Positions 39,328 to 48,700 of a stretch of 64,000 bases of DNA are shown one piece after another; within the stretch, counting starts at the first letter, position 1, and each line of letters starts with the position of its first letter. The position numbers and the translations under genes are program-made. The notes beneath the pieces were generated by a model. The model saw only the letters and a list, made by a program, of their open reading frames with translations. It had not been told where the DNA came from and ran no database searches. The stretch covers positions 8,164-72,163 of the forward strand of contig CAJBYO010000007.1 of the NCBI GenBank assembly GCA_903959905.1, written 5' to 3'. Origin of the DNA: an uncultured Bacteroidales bacterium (lineage in GTDB: Bacteria; Bacteroidota; Bacteroidia; Bacteroidales; FEN-979).

Positions 39328-40289
39328 ACGACGCAGGCAAAATAACGTCGTTACATATCCTGGATGCAGCAAGCCGGATCGCTCCGCATATCAACAAAAC
39401 CCCGGTACTTACTTCCCAAACGATCAACCGGCTGCTGAATGCGGAAATATTTTTCAAATGTGAAAATTTCCAGAAAGTTGGCGCATTCAAGGCGCGCGGT
39501 GCCACCAATGCCGTACTTTCAATGAATAAAGAGCAGCTGTTACGTGGTGTTGCCACCCATTCATCAGGCAACCATGCGCAGGCTTTGTCGTGGGCTGCCT
39601 CACTTGTGAACACCAGGGCCTACATCGTGATGCCGGAAAATTCGTCAAAGGTCAAGGTTGCCGCAGTTAAAGATTACGGCGGGATCATTACGTTCTGCGA
39701 ACCTACGCTGATTGCCCGGGAAACCACGCTTGACCGCATCCTTCAGGAGACTGGTGCTACAGAGATCCACCCCTATAACAATGAGCAGATCATTGCCGGC
39801 CAGGCCACAGCTGCACTGGAACTGATCCGGGAGATACCCGGACTTGACATTGTCATGGCACCGGTGGGCGGTGGCGGTTTACTGAGCGGAACATCTCTTT
39901 CAGTCAAATATTTTCTTCCAAACGGAAAGGTGATTGCCGTTGAGCCTGAGCAGGCCAACGATGCCTATCTTTCATTTACGAGCGGGAATTTCATCCCTTC
40001 ACTAAACCCTGATACGATTGCCGACGGACTCCGTACGTCGCTCGGTTCCATTACCTTTCCCATCATCCTTGCGCATGTTTACCAGATTTTGACAGTCAGC
40101 GAGGAAAGCATAGTCAGATCCATGCGGTACCTCTGGGAGCGGTTGAAAATAGTTGTGGAGACATCTTCAGCAGTGCCATTTGCTGCCCTTGCTGAGGGTA
40201 AGGCAGACGTAACCGGGAAACGGATAGGCATCATTATCTCCGGGGGCAATGCTGACCTGGATGATTTACCATGGATAAAAAATGAATAA
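39324..40289 (+). CDS. PLP-dependent threonine/serine dehydratase or serine-racemase-like enzyme
   Basis: Trp-synthase-beta-fold motifs: FKCENFQKVGAFKARGA (PLP Lys), SSGNHAQA, GGGGLLSG. ATGA overlap with the phosphatase gene. Confidence 0.8.
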   Translation: MNDAGKITSLHILDAASRIAPHINKTPVLTSQTINRLLNAEIFFKCENFQKVGAFKARGATNAVLSMNKEQLLRGVATHSSGNHAQALSWAASLVNTRAYIVMPENSSKVKVAAVKDYGGIITFCEPTLIARETTLDRILQETGATEIHPYNNEQIIAGQATAALELIREIPGLDIVMAPVGGGGLLSGTSLSVKYFLPNGKVIAVEPEQANDAYLSFTSGNFIPSLNPDTIADGLRTSLGSITFPIILAHVYQILTVSEESIVRSMRYLWERLKIVVETSSAVPFAALAEGKADVTGKRIGIIISGGNADLDDLPWIKNE

Positions 40290-40989
40290 GGGAACCTTAT
40301 ATTTACTTCCGGCCACACTTGCTGACGGAAGTGTGGAGGCAGTCCTTCCGGAAGGGACGCTCGCAGTTATCCGCCGACTGGAGTATTTCATTGTTGAAGA
40401 ATTACGCACTGCCCGACGGTTTCTCATCAAAGCAGGAATTCAAAAAACCATTGATGAACTGAATTTTCAACTGTTCAACGAGCATTCCGGTGAAAAGGAC
40501 ATCCATGAATACCTGGTTCCTGCCATGAACGGTCACGACACCGGGTTGTTGTCTGAAGCCGGAGTTCCCTGCGTAGCCGATCCCGGTTCGCTGGTTGTGA
40601 GGGCAGCGCATGAACTGGGCATCCGGATCGTTCCGCTGACCGGCCCCTCCTCCATCCTGCTGGCCCTGATGGCATCGGGGTTCAACGGACAGAATTTTGC
40701 ATTTGTCGGATATCTTCCGGCAGATAAAATATTGAGGACCAAAAGGATTAAAGAGCTGGAGAAGGTGATCCAGGAGAAAGACCAAACCCAGATTTTTATC
40801 GAAACCCCTTACCGGAACCTGCAGCTTTTTGAATCGCTGGTAAGTGTGTGCAGGCCGGATGTACAATTGTGCCTCGCAACTGACATCAGCGGGGTGAATG
40901 AAGTGATTCATTCGTATTCTGTTGGCGAGTGGAGGAAGAAGAAACCGGATATACATAAGAAACCGACTATATTCCTGTTATACAGGTAG
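40282..40989 (+). CDS. SAM-dependent methyltransferase, tetrapyrrole-methylase (RsmI-like) fold
   Basis: GTLYLLPATL...SEAGVPCVADPG...VPLTGPSSILLALMASG motifs. 8-nt overlap with the upstream gene. Confidence 0.75.
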   Translation: MNKGTLYLLPATLADGSVEAVLPEGTLAVIRRLEYFIVEELRTARRFLIKAGIQKTIDELNFQLFNEHSGEKDIHEYLVPAMNGHDTGLLSEAGVPCVADPGSLVVRAAHELGIRIVPLTGPSSILLALMASGFNGQNFAFVGYLPADKILRTKRIKELEKVIQEKDQTQIFIETPYRNLQLFESLVSVCRPDVQLCLATDISGVNEVIHSYSVGEWRKKKPDIHKKPTIFLLYR

Positions 40990-40995
40990 GGTTTG

Positions 40996-41102
40996 TTTCT
41001 CGCAGATTTTCGCAGATTTCAGCGCAGATTTAAGCAGATTTCTTGAATGTATATTTTAATATGCCATAATCTGCGCTGTAATCTGCGAAAATCTGCGAGA
41101 AA
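40996..41102. repeat. palindromic CGCAGATT-rich intergenic element (long copy)
   Basis: Left arm TTTCTCGCAGATTTTCGCAGATTTCAGCGCAGATT (40996-41030). Right arm AATCTGCGCTGTAATCTGCGAAAATCTGCGAGAAA (41068-41102). They are reverse complements at 34 of 35 positions, around an AT-rich 37-nt centre. It starts 7 nt after the methylase stop. Confidence 0.9.
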
Positions 41103-41171
41103 TAAAACCTGTAACAATCATATCATTCTCTCGTCTAACCACCATTAACCCTCTCACCAATAAACACAACA

Positions 41172-42068
41172 TTGGAAACCGTACTAGCCATTCACAATAT
41201 TTCCAAGCGATATGGAAAGATCCAGGCCGTGAATGATCTCTCCCTTGAAGTTAAAAAGGGTCAGGTTTTCGGGATTCTGGGACCCAACGGAAGTGGGAAA
41301 ACCACCACCCTCAGCATGATTCTTGATCTTATCAGGGCCAACAGCGGCAGTTTCCAGTGGTTTGGGGCAGAACCTAGCAAGGAGAGCCGCAAACGCATTG
41401 GAAGCGTGATTGAAAGTCCCAATTTCTTTCCCTACCTGAGCCCGGTCAACAACCTTAAAATTGTGGCGGATATCAAGAACATGGGTTTTGAAGATATTGA
41501 CAGGGTGCTTCGGCTCACCATGCTTTACGACCGCCGCAATACCCGGTTTAAAACATTTTCGTTTGGCATGAAGCAGCGGCTGGCAGTAGCTTCTGCCCTG
41601 CTTGGCAATCCCGATGTACTTATCCTGGACGAGCCTACCAATGGGCTTGACCCCCAGGGCATTGCCCACATTCGTGAACTTATTCTGCAGATAGCGGGCC
41701 AGGGAACAACCATCATCATAGCATCGCATCTGCTGGATGAAATTCAGAAAATATGCAGCCATGTGGCCGTTTTAAACAAGGGGAAGAAACTCTTTGACGG
41801 AAAAGTCAGCGAAGTGCTTGCCATTTCCGATTCATTTGAACTTGCCAGCGACGATCTTGAATCACTCACAAAGGCAATCAGATCTCATCCTGCATTTCAA
41901 TCGGTGACCCCGGGCGAGGGAACAGTGCAGATCTATTTTAAAAACGTCGTCAATCCCGCCGAATTGAACCGGTTTTTCTTTGAACAGGGGATCACCCTCA
42001 CCCATTTATCTGAGCGGAAACGCAGCCTTGAACAACATTTTCTTGAACTGTTAGACAACAACAAATGA
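41172..42068 (+). CDS. ABC transporter ATP-binding protein (ABC-2 type)
   Basis: Walker A GPNGSGKTT, signature FSFGMKQRL, Walker B LILDEP. TTG start. Confidence 0.88.
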   Translation: METVLAIHNISKRYGKIQAVNDLSLEVKKGQVFGILGPNGSGKTTTLSMILDLIRANSGSFQWFGAEPSKESRKRIGSVIESPNFFPYLSPVNNLKIVADIKNMGFEDIDRVLRLTMLYDRRNTRFKTFSFGMKQRLAVASALLGNPDVLILDEPTNGLDPQGIAHIRELILQIAGQGTTIIIASHLLDEIQKICSHVAVLNKGKKLFDGKVSEVLAISDSFELASDDLESLTKAIRSHPAFQSVTPGEGTVQIYFKNVVNPAELNRFFFEQGITLTHLSERKRSLEQHFLELLDNNK

Positions 42069-42895
42069 TCAGACTTCTAAAAATAGAATTCAGAAAAATT
42101 CTGACATACAAGATTTTCTGGATACTGGCAGGACTTTATTTCCTGTTTCTTACGCTGGGCCTGCTGATGGCTGAGTTCATGATCAACAAGCAGGTTGACA
42201 GTATTAACAGCCGCATGCCGATACCTTTACCGCATGTAACCATCTATTTCTTTCCATGGATTTGGCAGAATATGACATTTTTTGCGACGATCCGTTATGT
42301 TCTGATCTTTCCGGCTATTATCATCCTGATCCTGATCACCAACGAGTTTACATTTAAAACCATCCGGCAGAATGTGATCAACGGCATGAGCAAGGCGGAA
42401 ATCCTCTCCTCAAAGCTTTTGCTTATCCTGATCATATCTGTCATTATGACGGTATTACTGACCCTCGGGACCCTGATTATCGGTGCTGCGCATACTTCGG
42501 AACTTACATTGGGACTGGCCTTAGAGAAATCTGTATTCGTCATCGGTTTCTTCGTCACGATGCTGACATACCAGGTTTATGCCCTCTTTTTCGGATTCCT
42601 GCTGAGAAACACAGGATTGTCCATTGCACTGTTCACCTTATATAATTTTATAGTGGAGCCCATCCTCTATTATTTCCTGAAAAGCCCGCTTGTTTTCGAA
42701 AATAAAATTTCGGCATATCTCCCGGTGAATGCGGTTCTCAGGATTACAGAATACCCTTCTATCCAGGTGTTGAAAACGTTCATGGGGATAACGCTGCAGA
42801 ACTCCGTAACACTGTCGTCATGCCTGTTAGCGCTTGGCTATGCAGGAGCTATGATCGGAACCGTTTACTGGGTAATGGTGAAGAAGGACCTGTAA
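42065..42895 (+). CDS. ABC-2 family transporter permease
   Basis: Six hydrophobic segments and a 4-nt overlap with the ATPase gene. Confidence 0.75.
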   Translation: MIRLLKIEFRKILTYKIFWILAGLYFLFLTLGLLMAEFMINKQVDSINSRMPIPLPHVTIYFFPWIWQNMTFFATIRYVLIFPAIIILILITNEFTFKTIRQNVINGMSKAEILSSKLLLILIISVIMTVLLTLGTLIIGAAHTSELTLGLALEKSVFVIGFFVTMLTYQVYALFFGFLLRNTGLSIALFTLYNFIVEPILYYFLKSPLVFENKISAYLPVNAVLRITEYPSIQVLKTFMGITLQNSVTLSSCLLALGYAGAMIGTVYWVMVKKDL

Positions 42896-42906
42896 ATTTC
42901 ACAGGT

Positions 42907-45009
42907 TTACATGCCCTCACGTTTCCTGATCACCCATTCGGCCGACAGCAGGGCAATGATGAGCATAAATAACCAGGGGTTCCCGATCAGGTCCGACATT
43001 CTTTGCTGGAAGTGAGAAACAGGCCGGATATCTTCCCTGGCAAGGATTTTATCTGCAAGTTTCATTATGTCGGCCCGGTTAATCATCTCCCCATCATGCG
43101 ACGAGGCGATCCGGAATAACAGGTTGTGGTCGGCGACAAGGTTTGAGCTCTCTACATTTACCTGTTCCACAAAAAACTTTCCTGATTTCTGGTAAAGGTC
43201 ATTCCCCACTTTCACCGAAGCATTGAAGGTGTACTCACCGATAGGGAACAGTCCTGCGTTCAAATAATAGGCCCTTGCTGTTTTGCTGAAAACAAATGGA
43301 TACGTTTTATTGTCAGCATCCTTAATGGTGATGTTGATATCCGGTTCATTGATTAATTCATAGGAAGCGTTGAAAACCTCAGCATCCATTTCAACGGGCT
43401 GGTTCTCAGAAATCCTGTTGTTCATGTGGATCCTGAAAAAGCTTTTATCATCCTTTGTTGACAGGTACTGTGCTATTTTATCAACCACCAGGTCAAAAGA
43501 TTCATGGCTTGCCTTCTGGATGTAGTCGGAAATTCTCCATCGCCAGATATTCTCGCCGGCAATAAAACCTACCTTCCTGTCGGCAACCCTTGTAAACATG
43601 ATCATCGGAGTTTTAGTGGTGAGGTTGCCGAACCGCTGGTAGAAGAGCACATCCGTAAGCGGGCTGAACTGGTAAGAACCTATCGGACACTGAAGGGGCG
43701 GAAATTCATTGAAAACGGCAATGTCTTTTTTATCCATGGAAAACAGGGAAAATTCCTCGTTCACCACGGGCTGCGACTCTGAAAACGAGAAATTGCCCGA
43801 GTTGATGATCAGTCCGAGTTTGAGGTTGTTAAGTGCATTGATATCCGTTTGAGAACCAACAATAAACAGAAGGGATGTCTTTCCCCTGAACAAAGGCCCA
43901 AGGTCACATATCCTGGCCACCGAGGGCATCTGGTGCAGGATCACCAGGTCATATTTCTCATAGGTTTTAGGCAGGTCATCTGCACGCAGCAGGTCAATTT
44001 CAAAATGTGATGAACCTTCGAGCGCCTTTTGAATGGCTGTGACGTCGGGATGAGGCGATCCGCAGATAAGTGCGACCTTCTGCCTGGCATCAAGAATTTC
44101 AACGATAAAACTGGCGCTGTTGTTCATTTTGCTTCCTTCGCCGGCCATATCGCTCAGCTGCAGGGTATATTTTACAATTCCTTTGTCTTTGGCCTCAAGC
44201 ATGAAAGTTACCTTCTGCATGGCATGATCGCTGGCAGCCCGGATCTCCCTGGTTTCAAGCTGACGTGTACCCTGTGTGAGTGTGAGTTTCGCTGTTGAGC
44301 CGCTGCATTTGTTCATTTCGGTAAGAACCTCAACCGGGAATTTGTCGCCCTTATAGGCCGTTTTATTAACAATTACTTTGCGGATGAGGATATCCTTTTT
44401 CAGAACTGTATCCCCGAGGGCAATGGTATATACCGGGAAGGAAATCTTGCGCGCGGCGTAAAAGGGATCGGTTCCCTCATTGTAGATCCCGTCGGAGGCG
44501 ACGATCATGGCAGCAGCATTCCGGTTTGAAAAGCGTGTGTTTACCTCATTGAAAACTGAGGAGATATCTGTTTTTACCCCGTTGAAAGATCCGTCGAAAC
44601 CGCTGGCAAGTTTGTCGCCGAATGAATAAGTTTTGACCTCACATTTCTTTTCCAGTGCCTCAGTGAGGGCCTTTACGGATTTTGGAAACTCAGACCGGTA
44701 AAAATCAGAATCTGCTGTGAGAACAAGCGACCTTGAATTGTCAACACCCAGGATAATAACAGGTTTTTCAACCAGTTTGTCAGTTTGTTTGATCAGCGGG
44801 CCAAGCAACAGAAAGGCAATCAATGATACTGAAAGGAACCTGAAAACCAGCATAACACGGTGTGTAGCCGGCTTCAGTCCTTTTTTCAGATCAAGATAAT
44901 AGAGGCTTGCTGCATAGGCTGCCCCGAGGAGCAGGCACAGGAAAATAAAGCCTAAAGGGTATTCTGTAACAAGTCCCACGTTAAAGTTTAAGTATGTAGT
45001 CCACCACAA
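42907..45009 (-). CDS. large membrane-anchored protein with N-terminal double-TM (BatA-like) region and vWA-like domain
   Basis: Two N-terminal TM helices, then PVIILGVDNSRSL...AAMIVASDGIYNEG (vWA/MIDAS-like beta-strand pattern), and a C-terminal TM helix (WLFMLIIALLSAEWVIRKREG). The domain call is by pattern only. The start overlaps the fabG 3' end by 22 nt and is uncertain. Confidence 0.55.
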   Translation of the reverse strand: MWWTTYLNFNVGLVTEYPLGFIFLCLLLGAAYAASLYYLDLKKGLKPATHRVMLVFRFLSVSLIAFLLLGPLIKQTDKLVEKPVIILGVDNSRSLVLTADSDFYRSEFPKSVKALTEALEKKCEVKTYSFGDKLASGFDGSFNGVKTDISSVFNEVNTRFSNRNAAAMIVASDGIYNEGTDPFYAARKISFPVYTIALGDTVLKKDILIRKVIVNKTAYKGDKFPVEVLTEMNKCSGSTAKLTLTQGTRQLETREIRAASDHAMQKVTFMLEAKDKGIVKYTLQLSDMAGEGSKMNNSASFIVEILDARQKVALICGSPHPDVTAIQKALEGSSHFEIDLLRADDLPKTYEKYDLVILHQMPSVARICDLGPLFRGKTSLLFIVGSQTDINALNNLKLGLIINSGNFSFSESQPVVNEEFSLFSMDKKDIAVFNEFPPLQCPIGSYQFSPLTDVLFYQRFGNLTTKTPMIMFTRVADRKVGFIAGENIWRWRISDYIQKASHESFDLVVDKIAQYLSTKDDKSFFRIHMNNRISENQPVEMDAEVFNASYELINEPDINITIKDADNKTYPFVFSKTARAYYLNAGLFPIGEYTFNASVKVGNDLYQKSGKFFVEQVNVESSNLVADHNLLFRIASSHDGEMINRADIMKLADKILAREDIRPVSHFQQRMSDLIGNPWLFMLIIALLSAEWVIRKREGM

Positions 45010-45734
45010 ACGGGAATGACCTGTGCGGTAACATAGGCACTGAGGTCGGATGCAAGGAACAGGGCAAGGTTGGCCACATCATCAGGGGTTCCTGCACGTT
45101 TCATCGGGATATCCTGGATCCACTTGTCGCGGAATTCCTGCGGAAGTTTTGCAGTCATTTCAGTTTCAATATATCCAGGGGCAATGGCATTGCAACGGAT
45201 GTTGCGCGAGCCCAGTTCCTGCGCGATGGATTTGGTGAACCCGATAATTCCTGCCTTGGAGGCCGAATAATTGGATTGTCCGCTGTTGCCTTCCACTCCA
45301 ACAACAGAACTCATGTTGATGATGGAACCAAACCTTTGTTTGATCATCACCTTCTGGATGGCTTTGGTCAGGTTGAATACCGACTTGAGATTTACGTTTA
45401 TCACCCTGTCCCAGTCCTGTTCAGTCATGCGAAGCAGCAGGTTGTCGCGGGTGATGCCGGCGTTGTTCACCAGGATCTCGATGGTCGGAAAATCTTCCAG
45501 AATACTGGTAATCAGCAGTTCGCCGTCATTGAAAGAGCTGGCGTCGGAAGCATATCCTTTGGCTTTAACCCCGAAGGCAGAAAGCTCCTTTTCCAGTTGA
45601 ATAGAATCTTCATTGTATTGAATATCAGAAAAAGCGACATTGGCGCCATTTTCAGCAAATTTTATGGCAATTGATTTGCCGATGCCGCGGTTGGCACCGG
45701 TGATTAAAGCGGTTTTTCCTTCCAGTAATTTCAT
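44988..45734 (-). CDS. fabG: 3-oxoacyl-[acyl-carrier-protein] reductase
   Basis: TGANRGIGK cofactor motif, NNAG, catalytic YSASKAG. 248 aa. Confidence 0.88.
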   Translation of the reverse strand: MKLLEGKTALITGANRGIGKSIAIKFAENGANVAFSDIQYNEDSIQLEKELSAFGVKAKGYASDASSFNDGELLITSILEDFPTIEILVNNAGITRDNLLLRMTEQDWDRVINVNLKSVFNLTKAIQKVMIKQRFGSIINMSSVVGVEGNSGQSNYSASKAGIIGFTKSIAQELGSRNIRCNAIAPGYIETEMTAKLPQEFRDKWIQDIPMKRAGTPDDVANLALFLASDLSAYVTAQVIPVCGGLHT

Positions 45735-45790
45735 GTTTGACAGTTTAAATTAATAAATGCAACAGCCCGCAAAGATAATGCTTATCCTTA

Positions 45791-48700
45791 TTAAATCCAT
45801 TTTACAAGGTTAAAATCCTGGCGGTGAGGCAATAATGGATTTTTCGGGAAGAGTCTGAAGATGAAGTCATACACTCCCGGCTGATTGATCGGAATATCGC
45901 AGGCAAAAGTCACCCGGCTATTTTCCGACTTCACCATTGACATTTCCTCCTTGAAACTGGGTTCTTTCACCTCGTCATTGATCTTTTTACCAAAAAGCAC
46001 CTCAACACCAATATCGGTACCTGAAAGTTCATTCAGGTCAAGAACGATTTCAGCTTTAAAAGATTCGCCGAGTGAAAGCGGTTTCACATTTGAATCGGGG
46101 ATGGTCAGTGCAACAACCTCGATACTCTCCCACCCTCTCATCACTTTACGCTTCCAACTTGCGATGTGCCTGGCCGTTTCATAATTTTTCCCGGACATCA
46201 GCTTTGTGCGTTTGAACAGCGGGTTATAATACTGACGGATGTAATCATCAAGCTGCCGTTTCATCGTATAATGCGGGGCGATCTCAGAAATGGTGTTTTT
46301 AATGTATGATACCCATTTCTCAGGAACACTGTTCTTATTCAAATCATAATAGATGGGGATGATCTCCTCTTCAAGGATGGAATAGATGGTTTCAGCATCA
46401 AGTTCATCCTGGAACTGGTGATTGTCGTATGTTGCTTCTTCCTGGAGCGCCCACCCGGCATTTGGACGGTAACCTTCCGCCCACCAGCCGTCGAGCACAC
46501 TGAAGTTCACGACACCGTTCATGACTGCCTTCTCGCCACTGGTGCCAGAAGCCTCCAAAGGCCTTGTTGGTGTATTAAGCCATATATCCACTCCTTTGAT
46601 GAGGTACTTGGCCACTTCCATGTCGTAATTCTCAAAAAAGAAGAGTTTGCCTACGAATTCAGGCATGTGGGATATCTCGTATATACGTTTGATCAGGTCC
46701 TGCCCGGCTTTATCGTTCGGATGGGCTTTGCCTGCAAACATAAATTGCACAGGTTTCTCTTTGTTGTTCACGATCCGTGAAAGCCTGTCGAGGTTGCTGA
46801 AAAGCAGGTGAGCCCTTTTATAGGTAGCGAACCGCCTTGCAAATCCGATGGTGAGTGCCTTGGGATTCACTGCTTCCCTGATCTTGAAGATCAGTTTCGG
46901 ATTCTCATGGCGACGGGTCATGTCGGCATAAAGGTGTTGCAGCAGGTACTCGGTCATCTGGCCCTTTTGCTTTAACTTCATGTTCCAGATAACTTCATCG
47001 CTCACATTGTGGATATTCTTCCAGTACTGAGGATTTGACTGGTCGCTGAAGAAACCTTCACCAAACTGATTATTGTACAACTGGAGCCATGATTTTGCCG
47101 TCCAGGTGGGTAAATGCACCCCGTTGGTCACATAACCGATGTGCAGTTCTTCCGGGAAGTACCCCGGGTAGAGTGTCACCATCATCTCCCTGGTAACCCT
47201 TCCATGGATTTTGCTGACCCCGTTGATCTCCTGGGAAAGTTTTGCTGCCAGTACACTCATGGAGAATTTCTCGTTCACATCATACTCCACCATTCTTCCC
47301 AGGTTCATGAACTGTTCCCACTTCAGGCTCAGGTGATCGGCATAGTGTGAAAGATAGCGGCGAACAAGGTCTTCAGGGAAGGTATCGTGTCCGGCAGGCA
47401 CCGGTGTATGGGTTGTAAACAAAGTAGATGACCGGACTACCTCAACAGCCTGCTGGAAAGTGAGTTTCTCATTGGTGATCAGTTTCCTCAACCGTTCCAG
47501 GCCAATAAATGCAGAATGTCCCTCATTGCTGTGGTAAAGGTCGGGATGGAGCCCCATTGCATCAAGCATGCGGATGCCGCCAATACCCAGGAGCAGTTCC
47601 TGGCGCAAACGGTTTTCATTGTCGCCGCCATAAAGCTGGTGGGTGATGCTGCGGTCGGCCTCTTCATTTTCTTCGATGTCGGTATCCATCAGGAACAACG
47701 GAACCCTTCCCACATCGCACCGCCAGATTTTGGCATACATCGTACGGCCCGGAAGTGCAAAAGTGATCTTCAGCCAGTTTCCCTGTTCATCCCTGATCGG
47801 GATCAGCGGAAGGTGCGTGAATTTCTGCGGTGTATAATTGGCGATCTGGTCGCCAAAAATAGAGAGGCTTTGGGTGAAATATCCATAGCGGTACAACAAG
47901 CCGATACCGACGATGTTGTAGTTGGAATCGCTGGCCTCTTTGAGGTAATCGCCGGCAAGCATGCCCAAACCGCCAGAAAAAATCTTCACCGTATCGTGGA
48001 GACCGTATTCCATGCTGAAATAAGCAACCTGTTCCTTAGGTTTACTGGCCGCCTGTGTCATATAGGAATCAAATGCCTCTGTAACTTTTGTCAGCTTGGC
48101 CACAAATTTTTCGTTTGCGCTTAAATTCTGAAGTTCGTTAAATGAAAGGGATTCAATCAGGGCGATCGGGTTGAATTTCATTTCATGCCAGCGGTCCCGG
48201 TTGATCAGTTCAAACAATTCAGACCCTTCATAATTCCACGACCACCAGAGGTTTTTTGCGAGCCGTTCAAGGCTTGCCAGGTTTTCCGGTATCCGTTGCT
48301 GGATAAGTACCTTTTTCCATTCAGGCTTATCTGCAGCACCTTTCACCAGCTGCGAAGCTGCCTGCGGTTGTTTGCCGGCATATAACTCAGCCCTGGAAGC
48401 AACAGCCTCAAGGGTGTCAGAATATGCTTCCTTGTAGTTGACTATAAGGTTCTTCCATAACGCTGACCTGGAAATTTCATAGGCCTTGATCCTGGCTTTG
48501 ACGATTTCCTTTTCCGGCTTGTTCGAGCAACTTTGAATATGCCTTACAATGTCGGAAACCACCGCTTCATCATTATCATCATTTCGTTCAATGACAGCCG
48601 TGCAATCTTTCAGGTTGGGGAAGAAGGACTTCACCCATTGTCCGAAACCTGTGAGTGATGTGGTGATGGAAGGAATATGGAATGCAAGGCTTTCCAGGGT

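Noticed and set aside
41184-41762. 192-aa ORF antisense to the ABC ATPase gene (a similar case is 40402-40956, antisense to the methylase)
   Set aside because: These are shadow ORFs inside CDSs whose Walker and signature motifs clearly define the coding strand.
47516-48124. 202-aa plus-strand ORF inside the GT3::GT35 gene (also 5635-6177 in recN, 13458-14009 in the M14 gene, and 25065-25547 in the GlmU-like gene)
   Set aside because: All are antisense to genes with strong catalytic motifs. No independent promoter or motif evidence supports them.
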